From contig CACBPT010000001.1 in assembly GCA_902541245.1 (NCBI GenBank), positions 21,433 through 85,432 of the forward strand: a DNA stretch of 64,000 nt, read 5' to 3'. The translations under genes were made by a program, and so were the position numbers. The DNA comes from an uncultured SAR86 cluster bacterium (lineage in GTDB: Bacteria; Pseudomonadota; Gammaproteobacteria; Magnimaribacterales; D2472). Below, piece by piece: positions 1 to 9,467 of this stretch; positions within the stretch are counted from its first letter, which is position 1; the number at the start of each line of letters is the position of its first letter. The notes beneath the pieces were generated by a model. That model saw nothing but the letters and a program-made list of their open reading frames with translations. It was not told the origin of the DNA and did not search any database.

Positions 1-660
<660 letters not shown>

Positions 661-758
661 TAAAAATTTACATAATGTTGCAGAATTGTTCCTTTTCATA
701 ATCATAAAACAGGTATAGAATTAATCCATCGTCTTTATTTTAATTTTTAGAGGAAATT

Positions 759-3700
759 ATGAAATTATTACGAAACTTTTTTATGATTGCATCTTTAATT
801 GCGATCCCAGCCTTTGGACAAGAACTTACTTCAGATATTACGGGCGTAGTTAGCGACTCTTCTGGAACTCCCTTAAGCGGAGCTAATGTAACTGTAACTT
901 ACAAACCTACAAATTCAACCTTTTCAAGAACAACAAGTTCAACTGGAAGGTTTAATGCTGGTGGTTTAAAGCCTGGTGGTCCATATGAAGTAACTGTTAG
1001 ATCAAGTCAATATAATTCTGAGACTGTATCAGGGATCACTCTTATTGTTGGAGATACAAAAAGAATTAATTTTGTTTTAGAAACAATCGATGAGGTGGTG
1101 GTAGTTGCATCAGCTGGAACAACTCTTGATACCGGTTATGGTTTTGGAACTGCATTAACTTCAAAGGATATTGAACAAACTGCTTCGGTTCAAAGAGATT
1201 TAAAAGATTTTATAAGATTGAATCCGCTTGTTTCTCTCGATGATGCCGAAGAGAATTACGAGGCTATTTCTATTGCAGGAGCTCATCCTAGAACAAACGA
1301 TTTGAGGGTAGATGGAGTATCTTTTAATGATGATTTTGGTTTAAATGCCAATGGTTATCCCTCGCAAAGAAGTCCAATTTCACTTAATGCCATTGAACAG
1401 CTTGCGGTAAAAGTCGCACCAGCATCGGTTGAATATTCTGGTTTTAGAGGCGGAGTAATTGAAGTTATTACAAAATCAGGAACCAATGAATTTACTGGAG
1501 AGGTATTTAGCTATGATAGAGGAGATTCATTTATGGGCGATGAATCAAATGGTGACGTCTATACATTTGATCTAGATGACACTTCAGAGGGTTTTGCTTT
1601 TGGTGGACCTATTTTAAAGGATAAGGCTTTCTTTTATGTTACTTATGAAGAAGCTGAGATTTCAAAACCAATCACACATGGTCCTATAGGCTCAGGCCTT
1701 CCTAACAACATCAGAATTACAACTGATGAAGTTGCCAATATTAGACAAATCACCCAGGATGTATATGGTTTTGATCCTTTAAGCTATACCAGTTCTAATG
1801 TATCAGTACAAGAATTTACAACTGTCAGACTAGATTTTGATTTAACTGATGCACATAGATTGACTGTGAATTATAAAGAAGTTGACAGTAGTAAACTTAA
1901 TGGAGCTAACAACAGCTCAAGTACTATGACTTTTTCTTCTGCAGAGTATCAAAAGGGTGAAGTAACTGAAACTACCGGCATGCTTTTGGTGTCAAATTGG
2001 TCTGATGATTTCATTACAGAATTTAGTTATTCAACTAAAGAACAACTTACATCGCAAATGTCTCCAGTTGGACAGGGGCTTCCTTTTTTTCAGATTAATG
2101 ATTGTGGTGCACAAGGCATACGATGTGAATTAGGACCAGATATATTTAGATCAGCTAATCAATTAGCTACAGAAACAACTTTTACTAAACTTAAAGGTAC
2201 TTATTACATGGGTAATCATAAGTTTACTTTTGGGTATGAAAATAAATTATGGGATATTTATAATGTATTCATTGAAGCGCAGGATGGTGGATATGAATTT
2301 GAAGGTATAGCTAATTATCAGGCGCAAATTGCTTCAAGCTTTGAACATCAAAATTCAAGAGATCTATCTGAACAAGGTGGTGCCGCTGTGTTTGAGTACT
2401 ATTTAGATTCTTTTTATATACAAGATGAAATAGACATTTCTGAAAAATTAAATATCTTGGTTGGTGTTCGATATGATGAATTCGACTCAGACGACTCACC
2501 TGCTGTTAACCAAGGATTTGTAGATACATTTGGATTTGCAAATGGAGGCATTGCTGGAACTAATCTAATTAATTACAGATTAAGTTTTGATTATGAAATT
2601 GATGAGGTCAGCAGATTAAAGGGTTTATTTGGTACTTTTTCCTCTAAGCTACCTACCGTTTGGATATCAAATGCCTACACCAATGATGGAGTCAGAATTG
2701 CCACATATAATCAAGCAAATGCTGCTGCTGGCTGTAACCCTTTAGTGGGCGTAACAACAACTATGCCCGCTTGTGTTAATGATGCAATTACAAATGCTCC
2801 ACTTCTTGCAGCTAAAGTTGACTTTATTGCCCCAAGTTTTGAATGGCCCGAGACTCAGACATTCAACCTAACTTATGAGAGAGAAATAGGTGACTGGTTA
2901 CTTACATCAACCTACTTAAATTCTAAGCAAGATGAGGCCAATTACAGAATTTTAGATGCTGGTACCGGCATTATAGGAGATAGGGCTTTGCCTGCAGTTC
3001 TTACTGCTCCAGATGGAAGGCCAATATTAAGTCAATCTGAGTCACAGTTTAAGACAACAAAGTTTGGTTTGTATACCAATAGTGGCGCTCAGCGTGAAGT
3101 CTTCTCAATTCAAATGTCAAGGTTGTTCAATGATGGTGAGGGAGCATTCTCAATTGGATATACCCATCAAAATATCGACATGATATGTAGCATGCAATCT
3201 TCTACTTCTCATTCAAATTATGGAAAATGTCCTGGGTCAGATTTTCAGTATAGACCTGCTTCAAGATCAATCTATGAAACCGAACACAGGCTTTTTGCAA
3301 CTCTATCATCAACGCATTACTTCTTTGGTCCTGAAAGTCCAACCACTTTCAATCTTTTCTTTGAAAGAAAATCTGGTTTACCAGGAACACTAACTTTTGA
3401 TACTTATTCAAGTCCAGGAAGATATCAAACTCAAGCATTCGGTCATGAGAGAAGAACTAATGATGACAACGCTCAACTTTTATATATACCCAGCGGTGTA
3501 GATGATCCTCTGGTTTGTTTTGTTTCATGTACATCTCCTGACTTAGCAGTAGCTGGTGAAATATTAGATCTACTCTACAACACATATGGTCTCGCTAATT
3601 ATGCAGGTCAAATTGTTCCTCCTGGAGCGTTTGAATTCCCATATCAAACTACATTGGATCTTAAAATCACGCAGGTTCTTCCTGGATTTAGAGATGATGA

Positions 3701-3968
3701 TGAGTTCGTAATTTCTTTAGGAATTGAAAATTTACTCAACTTACTTGATGATAATGAGGGGGAGATTTTCTACGGTGATTTCACAGGTAAAATTCCAGTC
3801 TTGGACTTTCAACTGACATCAGATCTATCTAGGTACATTTATGGAAACAGCAGAGGTGCTGATTATGCATTTAGATATAATCCAAATGATCCTTATGATT
3901 TGAGTAAATCTGCAGTGAATAGTATTTGGAGAGCTCAATTAGGATTCACTTATAGATTTTCGCTATAA
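759..3968 (+). CDS. TonB-dependent outer-membrane receptor, Oar-like, with N-terminal carboxypeptidase-regulatory-like domain
   Basis: Signal peptide MKLLRNFFMIASLIAIPAFGQ. N-terminal beta-sandwich-like segment GVVSDSSGTPLSGANVTVTY...GGPYEVTV, then a plug-like region and about 900 aa of barrel ending in the aromatic-rich strand LGFTYRFSL. SD AGAGGA lies just upstream of the ATG. Confidence 0.85.
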   Translation: MKLLRNFFMIASLIAIPAFGQELTSDITGVVSDSSGTPLSGANVTVTYKPTNSTFSRTTSSTGRFNAGGLKPGGPYEVTVRSSQYNSETVSGITLIVGDTKRINFVLETIDEVVVVASAGTTLDTGYGFGTALTSKDIEQTASVQRDLKDFIRLNPLVSLDDAEENYEAISIAGAHPRTNDLRVDGVSFNDDFGLNANGYPSQRSPISLNAIEQLAVKVAPASVEYSGFRGGVIEVITKSGTNEFTGEVFSYDRGDSFMGDESNGDVYTFDLDDTSEGFAFGGPILKDKAFFYVTYEEAEISKPITHGPIGSGLPNNIRITTDEVANIRQITQDVYGFDPLSYTSSNVSVQEFTTVRLDFDLTDAHRLTVNYKEVDSSKLNGANNSSSTMTFSSAEYQKGEVTETTGMLLVSNWSDDFITEFSYSTKEQLTSQMSPVGQGLPFFQINDCGAQGIRCELGPDIFRSANQLATETTFTKLKGTYYMGNHKFTFGYENKLWDIYNVFIEAQDGGYEFEGIANYQAQIASSFEHQNSRDLSEQGGAAVFEYYLDSFYIQDEIDISEKLNILVGVRYDEFDSDDSPAVNQGFVDTFGFANGGIAGTNLINYRLSFDYEIDEVSRLKGLFGTFSSKLPTVWISNAYTNDGVRIATYNQANAAAGCNPLVGVTTTMPACVNDAITNAPLLAAKVDFIAPSFEWPETQTFNLTYEREIGDWLLTSTYLNSKQDEANYRILDAGTGIIGDRALPAVLTAPDGRPILSQSESQFKTTKFGLYTNSGAQREVFSIQMSRLFNDGEGAFSIGYTHQNIDMICSMQSSTSHSNYGKCPGSDFQYRPASRSIYETEHRLFATLSSTHYFFGPESPTTFNLFFERKSGLPGTLTFDTYSSPGRYQTQAFGHERRTNDDNAQLLYIPSGVDDPLVCFVSCTSPDLAVAGEILDLLYNTYGLANYAGQIVPPGAFEFPYQTTLDLKITQVLPGFRDDDEFVISLGIENLLNLLDDNEGEIFYGDFTGKIPVLDFQLTSDLSRYIYGNSRGADYAFRYNPNDPYDLSKSAVNSIWRAQLGFTYRFSL

Positions 3969-3982
3969 GTTTGTTTATACAA

Positions 3983-4016
3983 TAAAAAAAGGGCGGTTAT
4001 ACCGCCTTTTTTTTTG
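3983..4016. terminator. Rho-independent terminator, possibly bidirectional (A-run / GC hairpin / T-run)
   Basis: AAAAAAAA-GGGCGGT-TAT-ACCGCC-TTTTTTTTT lies directly after the TBDR stop. GC stem 3992-3997 pairs with 4001-4006, with a T-run at 4007-4015 and an A-run at 3983-3990. Confidence 0.75.
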
Positions 4017-4030
4017 TTAAAATAAATTTA

Positions 4031-4936
4031 ATGTCATTCAATTCAATTCCAGTCTTTTCAATGCCAGACATTGAAAATCGAAATCAAGAGACCATTGATA
4101 GTCTTTATAAAGCGCTAACTACTCACGGATTTTTTACAATAACAGATCATGGAATTAAGGATGAGGTTTTAGCTTCTAGCTATAAAGTAAGTAAAGAATT
4201 TTTTGATCTTTCTGAAGATATAAAAAATAACTATGCTCACCCTGAAGCAGCAGGCGCAAGGGGATACACACCATTCGGAAAAGAAACAGCTGTTGGTGAA
4301 AAGACTCCTGATTTAAAAGAATTTTGGCATCATGGTCCAGTCATTGATGAATCGTTTGATGATAGAGTTCCTAAAAACATATTTGTTTCCGAGCTTGCAG
4401 ATTTTAATGGCCAATTTGATCTGCTATTCAACCAACTTAATATGCTTGGAATAAAGGTTTTAAGTGCTATAGCAGTTATCCTAGGCAAAGATCCAGATTT
4501 TTTTGATAACTGGGCTTTAAAAGGTAACTCAATATTAAGACTGATTCATTATCCACCTATCAATGATAATGCAAACATCATGCGAGCTAGAGCTCATGCG
4601 GATATAAATTTAATCACTTTATTAGTTGGTGCTGAAGAGTCCGGCCTTGAAGTTCAACATCCCTCTGGTGGATGGATACCAATTCAGGCAAAGAGCAAAT
4701 CAATAGTTTGCAATATTGGAGACATGATGCAGTTAGTTACTCGTTCTAAACTAAAAAGCACTAGTCATCGTGTTGTTGATCACAATATTGATAAATCTTC
4801 GTCCCGTTATAGCATGCCTTTCTTTCTCCATCCCTCGCCTGATATAGAACTGTGTTCCATCGTTGATGATTCACTTGAGTCTATTAGTGCCCATGACTTC
4901 CTAGAGGAGAGGCTCAGAGCAATTAAGCTATACTAA
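4031..4936 (+). CDS. 2-oxoglutarate/Fe(II)-dependent oxygenase (isopenicillin-N-synthase-like family)
   Basis: DIOX_N-like N-terminus (IPVFSM..., HGFFTITDHGI). Facial triad HAD in RAHADINLITLL plus distal His in STSHRV, and the 2OG-binding RxS in SRYSMPFF. Confidence 0.8.
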   Translation: MSFNSIPVFSMPDIENRNQETIDSLYKALTTHGFFTITDHGIKDEVLASSYKVSKEFFDLSEDIKNNYAHPEAAGARGYTPFGKETAVGEKTPDLKEFWHHGPVIDESFDDRVPKNIFVSELADFNGQFDLLFNQLNMLGIKVLSAIAVILGKDPDFFDNWALKGNSILRLIHYPPINDNANIMRARAHADINLITLLVGAEESGLEVQHPSGGWIPIQAKSKSIVCNIGDMMQLVTRSKLKSTSHRVVDHNIDKSSSRYSMPFFLHPSPDIELCSIVDDSLESISAHDFLEERLRAIKLY

Positions 4937-4939
4937 ATA

Positions 4940-6205
4940 ATGACAATAATATCGATAATTCAAATTATTATTGGCTTTTTAGGCCTTGTCTTGATTGCTA
5001 TACCTTTTTCACAAAACATAAGATCGATTAACTATAAACATATTCTTGCTGCGATATTTCTTCAAATTGTTTTAGCTTTTGCTCTTTTAAAGATACCTTT
5101 TATTGTTCAAATCTTTGCATATCTTTCTGAAGGTGTTACTGCATTACAGTTAGCTACTCAGGAGGGAGCTGAATTTGTATTTGGTTATCTCAGCAATGGA
5201 TCATTGTCTCCGTTCGAAAAATCTGGACAAGGAAATGCAATGATATTTGCATTCCAAATATTACCTTTGATCATTGTGATATCTAGTCTTTCCGCATTGC
5301 TTTGGTTTTGGAATATATTGCCACTAATTATTCGGTCAATATCCAAAATATTTGAAAAATTATTTAATATTGGCGGTCCCATTGGATTGGGAGCAACTGC
5401 AAATATTATTATGGGTCAAGTTGAAGCGCCGCTTCTTGTAAGACCATATTTATCCAAGATGAGTGATAAAGAACTATTAATTTTGATGACTGCAGGTATG
5501 TCCACTGTGTCTGGGTCTATTATGATTGCGTTAGTATCAATGCTATCTCCACAATTTCCAGATATAAATTTAATTCAGCATCTTGTTTCAGCTTCAATTT
5601 TATCTATACCAGCAGCAATAATGTATGCCAATATTATGATCCCATCCTCAAAGATAACTAATTTTGACGGAAGCTCTGTGCCAAAGGTTTATGACAGTTC
5701 TATGGATGCAATTACCAGGGGCACAAGGGATGGTCTTGAAATTTGTTTGAATGTTGCAGCTATATTAATTGCTTTCATTGCCCTTGTTTCTTTACTTAAC
5801 TCAATTCTTGGGATTGCAGGAAACTGGATCGGACTTAATGATTTATCTTTACAATTAATTTTAGGCTATATTTTCTTTCCGATTGTTTGGTTGATGGGTG
5901 TGCCTACTTCAGAAGCATTGGTAGGAGCTGAATTATTGGGTTTAAAAACTGCCCTTAATGAATTTGTAGCTTATGGTGCACTTGCAAATATTGAACCAGA
6001 CTTATTGTCTGATAAATCAAAACTTATTATTCTTTATGGCTTATGTGGGTTTGCTAATTTTTCTTCGGTTGGAATCCTTGTAACTGGAATTAGTGCAATG
6101 GCGCCTGAAAGAAAAAATGTTTTAATTAAAGTTTCCTTAAAAGCTCTTATTGGAGCTACTCTTGCATCATGTATGACTGGATTAGTTATAGGCTTATTAA
6201 TTTAG
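4940..6205 (+). CDS. nupC: Concentrative nucleoside transporter (NupC/CNT family)
   Basis: Polytopic membrane protein with the CNT hallmark GATANIIMGQVEAPLLVRPYL. Starts 3 nt after the oxygenase stop. Confidence 0.85.
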   Translation: MTIISIIQIIIGFLGLVLIAIPFSQNIRSINYKHILAAIFLQIVLAFALLKIPFIVQIFAYLSEGVTALQLATQEGAEFVFGYLSNGSLSPFEKSGQGNAMIFAFQILPLIIVISSLSALLWFWNILPLIIRSISKIFEKLFNIGGPIGLGATANIIMGQVEAPLLVRPYLSKMSDKELLILMTAGMSTVSGSIMIALVSMLSPQFPDINLIQHLVSASILSIPAAIMYANIMIPSSKITNFDGSSVPKVYDSSMDAITRGTRDGLEICLNVAAILIAFIALVSLLNSILGIAGNWIGLNDLSLQLILGYIFFPIVWLMGVPTSEALVGAELLGLKTALNEFVAYGALANIEPDLLSDKSKLIILYGLCGFANFSSVGILVTGISAMAPERKNVLIKVSLKALIGATLASCMTGLVIGLLI

Positions 6206-6628
6206 CCATATAATCGACGCATTTAAAAAAGCTGCGAAAATTAGCCATAAAAAATAGGGTAGATACAAATAAAATAAAACCCTAGATTGATCTTTTATAA
6301 TATTTAATATTCTATGATTTAAATAAATCAGAATACCTATATCGACAAATGCAATTACTGGAGCTTGAAAAAAAAAGAATATCCAAGACCAAGCTGCGTT
6401 AAGTATTAATTGAAAAATAAAGATAGAGCTAATTTTATCTGCAACTTTAAAAGAAATAAAAGCCATCATTATGTATAGAATTGGCCAAACAATTCCAAAA
6501 ACATAACTTGGCGGATTCAATGGACTTTTAATCAGTTCTGTATACCAATCATCAGAACCTATATAAGTATTTGCAAGGGATCCTATCACTGATGTTAGGA
6601 CAACCAAAATTGGCAGAATATATTTCAT
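6197..6628 (-). CDS. tspO: TspO/MBR family tryptophan-rich sensory protein
   Basis: Five hydrophobic helices with LNPPSYVFGIVWPILYIMMAF and NAAWSWIFF. I prefer the internal ATG at 6628 (MKYILPIL...) over the track start at 6679, which would overlap the upstream gene by 47 nt. Confidence 0.8.
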   Translation of the reverse strand: MKYILPILVVLTSVIGSLANTYIGSDDWYTELIKSPLNPPSYVFGIVWPILYIMMAFISFKVADKISSIFIFQLILNAAWSWIFFFFQAPVIAFVDIGILIYLNHRILNIIKDQSRVLFYLYLPYFLWLIFAAFLNASIIWLN

Positions 6629-6632
6629 TTTC

Positions 6633-7745
6633 TCAGGCTTTTTCAAGCAATATTGAGCAAATTGAATATCCAGCTCCAAAAGAGCAAATAATCCCTTTTT
6701 GACCTTCCTCTAATTGATTGTATTTATGAAAAGCTATTATCGACCCTGCGGAACTTGTATTTGCATATTCATCAAGAACAATTGGGGCTCGATCAGAAGC
6801 AAAATCATCACCCAACAACTTTTTAATTACATAGGCATTCATATTAATGTTTGCTTGATGGAGCCAATATCTCTCTATATCTTGAGGTGATAGATTTTGT
6901 TCATTGAGTTGATCTAAAATTAGCGAGGATACAAATGGCATTACCTCTTTAAATACACGTCTTCCATTTTGAAAGAAAAGTTGTTCAGATTCAGAATAAT
7001 CTTTATCTTCAATAGTATTCATATAACCAAAATTATTTCTTATATTGTTTGAAAATGAAGTTTTAAGTTTTGTATCAATAATCTTGAATTTATTTTCTGC
7101 TTTAGAGGCCTTTTCAATAACAACTGCTGTGCAAACATCTCCAAATATAAAATGTCCATCTCTATTTTTAAAATTGTTATGCCCAGAAGTTATTTCAGGA
7201 CTAATTACAAGGATTTTTGAAGATTTTCCAGCTTTTATATCAGCATAAGCATTGCTAATTCCGAAAGTAGAGGCTGAGCAGCCAACCATCATATCGTAAG
7301 CAAAGCCTTCGATGCCTAATTCATTTTGAACTTCAATAGCAACTGCAGGATATGCTCTTTGAAGGTTCGCAGCAGAAACAATCACGCAATCGATGTCAGC
7401 AGCATTTAAATTTGCATCTTTTAATGCTTGCTTAGCAGCTTTTACACATACTTCTGCTGAAAATGATAATTCATCATCAGTTCTCGCTTTAATTAAAGGT
7501 TTCATTCGTTGCGGATTTAACAGAGAATCCTTTTCAATTACATACCTACTTTTTATGCCTGATGCCTTAACAATAAACTCACTGGATGAGTGCTCTAGGG
7601 GAATAATAGATCCGTTTTCAATCTGATCTGCATTTTCTGCATTGAATAAGTCAACGTATTTATTGAATGATTCTACTAGCTCATCATTAGATATTTTATG
7701 AGGAGGAGTCCAAACTCCAGTTCCTGAAATATATATATCTTCCAT
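6633..7745 (-). CDS. Beta-ketoacyl-ACP synthase III family, long (about 370 aa) FabH-like form
   Basis: Cys-His-Asn triad contexts MVGCSASTFG, WLHQANINMN and YANTSSAGS. The ISGTGVWTPP N-terminus resembles the Pseudomonas PA3286-type KAS III as I recall it. SD AAGGGGA lies upstream. Confidence 0.8.
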   Translation of the reverse strand: MEDIYISGTGVWTPPHKISNDELVESFNKYVDLFNAENADQIENGSIIPLEHSSSEFIVKASGIKSRYVIEKDSLLNPQRMKPLIKARTDDELSFSAEVCVKAAKQALKDANLNAADIDCVIVSAANLQRAYPAVAIEVQNELGIEGFAYDMMVGCSASTFGISNAYADIKAGKSSKILVISPEITSGHNNFKNRDGHFIFGDVCTAVVIEKASKAENKFKIIDTKLKTSFSNNIRNNFGYMNTIEDKDYSESEQLFFQNGRRVFKEVMPFVSSLILDQLNEQNLSPQDIERYWLHQANINMNAYVIKKLLGDDFASDRAPIVLDEYANTSSAGSIIAFHKYNQLEEGQKGIICSFGAGYSICSILLEKA

Positions 7746-7762
7746 ATCTTTCCCCTTGTTAC

Positions 7763-8701
7763 ATGTTATTTTATAGTCTTATGGAGAAAATACCATTAGA
7801 TACAATATCGGGATCAAATCACTCATTTGATCTTTATCATTCAACTGGTGCTGATGTTATCGGCTTAATTCAAATATCTCATGGCATGGCAGAGCATAAG
7901 GGAAGATACATAGATTTTATAAATTTTTTTAACGAAAATGGCTATCACGTAGTTATATATGATCACAGAGGTCATGGTGATAGGATTATTGATGAAAAGA
8001 TTGGATTTTTTGATAATGCTAATGGGTGGGAATTAGTTGTTATGGATTTGATTACAGTTCATGAGGAAACTAATAAACTTTTCCCTAAAATTCCAAAAAT
8101 TTTATTAGGTCACAGCATGGGCTCTTGGATAGGTTTAGCAGCTATGCAAAAAAAGTCTTTTTTTGATGCTGCTTTAATATCTGGATCAAGCTATCCAAAC
8201 ACAATCCAGACTGCATTACAAAAAATATTTTTAAACTTTGAAACATTAAGACTTGGAAAAGATGGCTATAGTAAATTTTTACATAAAATTATATTTGGAG
8301 GTTTTAATTTAAAATTTAGAGATGTAGAAACTCCTAATGATTGGCTTACCAGAGACAGAATGAGTGTGGATAATTATACAAAAGATCCACTTTGTGGCTT
8401 TGTTGTATCAAATCAATTATGGGCTGATGTTATTTATGGGATAGAAGAGGTTTTCAAGAAAAAAAATTTGAAATTACTAGATAAAGAAATTCCTTTACTA
8501 GTTTTTTCTGGCACTCAGGATCCTGTAAGTAATATGGGTAAGGGCGCAGTAAAATTATATGAATGTTTAAAAGATTACAATTGTAAATCAGAGCTTTATC
8601 TTGTTGATGGTGCTAGACATGAAACTCTTAATGAAACTGATAAGATGACTACTTATAATTACGTCTTAGATTTTTTAATAAATAGACTCCATGGAAGATG
8701 A
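7763..8701 (+). CDS. Alpha/beta hydrolase, lysophospholipase / monoacylglycerol-lipase-like
   Basis: HGMAEHKGRY...YDHRGHG and nucleophile elbow GHSMGS. Late Asp/His contexts (GTQDPV, ARHE). Confidence 0.75.
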   Translation: MLFYSLMEKIPLDTISGSNHSFDLYHSTGADVIGLIQISHGMAEHKGRYIDFINFFNENGYHVVIYDHRGHGDRIIDEKIGFFDNANGWELVVMDLITVHEETNKLFPKIPKILLGHSMGSWIGLAAMQKKSFFDAALISGSSYPNTIQTALQKIFLNFETLRLGKDGYSKFLHKIIFGGFNLKFRDVETPNDWLTRDRMSVDNYTKDPLCGFVVSNQLWADVIYGIEEVFKKKNLKLLDKEIPLLVFSGTQDPVSNMGKGAVKLYECLKDYNCKSELYLVDGARHETLNETDKMTTYNYVLDFLINRLHGR

Positions 8702-9462
8702 TGGATTTAGATAATAAAGTTTCTCTAGTTACCGGTGCGGGCCAAGGCATTGGTGAAGGTATAGCTAAAAATCTTGCTTCAAAAGGATCAAAGGTTATTG
8801 TTGTAGATCTTAATCAACAATTATCAGAAAATGTGGCTGAGGAAATTAATGCTAGCTTTCCAAATTCTGCATTTAGTTTTCAAGCAGATCTTACTAATTC
8901 AGATGAGATTGAATCTATGCTTGAATTTGGTGTTATAAAATTTAATAAGATTGATTGTATTTGTAATAATGCTGCTTCTTCAAAAGGCATTGGTCCTGTT
9001 GAGAATTACTCTCTTGAAGATGTTCAAGCAACACTTGATTTAACATTTACTTCTCTATGGAAGTGCCTTCAAGCGGAAATAAGATTTTTAAAGCAGCAGG
9101 CTATTTCAGCCTCAGTTGTAAATATTTCATCTAATTCAGCTATAAAAGGATATGCATTTAATTCAATATATGCCGCCAGTAAGGCAGCAGTAAATAATTT
9201 AACGCAATCAATTGCAAAAGAGATTGCAAGAAATAACATAAGAGTTAATGCTGTATCACCTGGAACAATAAATACACCTGGCGTAAGAGAATATTTTAAA
9301 GCTGAACCAAAAGCTAAAGAAATGCTTGAAAAATCTTCCTTGTTAAGAAGAATCGGTGAACCAGAGGAAGTTGGAGAATTGGTTTCATTTCTTTTGTCTG
9401 ATAGATCCTCTTTTATCACTGGGCAAATTATTTCAGTTGATGGAGGCTCTTCAATTAATTAA
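8698..9462 (+). CDS. Short-chain dehydrogenase/reductase (SDR)
   Basis: TGAGQGIGEG cofactor motif, NNAA, and catalytic YAASKAAV. ATGA overlap with the upstream gene. Confidence 0.85.
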   Translation: MMDLDNKVSLVTGAGQGIGEGIAKNLASKGSKVIVVDLNQQLSENVAEEINASFPNSAFSFQADLTNSDEIESMLEFGVIKFNKIDCICNNAASSKGIGPVENYSLEDVQATLDLTFTSLWKCLQAEIRFLKQQAISASVVNISSNSAIKGYAFNSIYAASKAAVNNLTQSIAKEIARNNIRVNAVSPGTINTPGVREYFKAEPKAKEMLEKSSLLRRIGEPEEVGELVSFLLSDRSSFITGQIISVDGGSSIN

Positions 9463-9467
9463 ATCTA

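Noticed and set aside
693-710. Fur-box-like sequence TTTTCATAATCATAAAAC upstream of the TonB-dependent receptor.
   Set aside because: Only the central ATAATCAT matches the 19-bp Fur consensus, roughly 11 of 17 aligned positions. In DNA this AT-rich that is expected by chance.
9069-9419. 116-aa antisense ORF inside the SDR gene. Similar antisense or overlapping ORFs from the track are 26910-27263, 47197-47532, 61160-61483, 31685-31981, 50054-50338, 43968-44249, 28000-28266 and 41745-42020.
   Set aside because: Each lies entirely within, or mostly opposite, a well-supported CDS with clear family motifs. The translations are low-complexity with no recognisable motifs and no SD or start context. 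They are most likely shadow ORFs.
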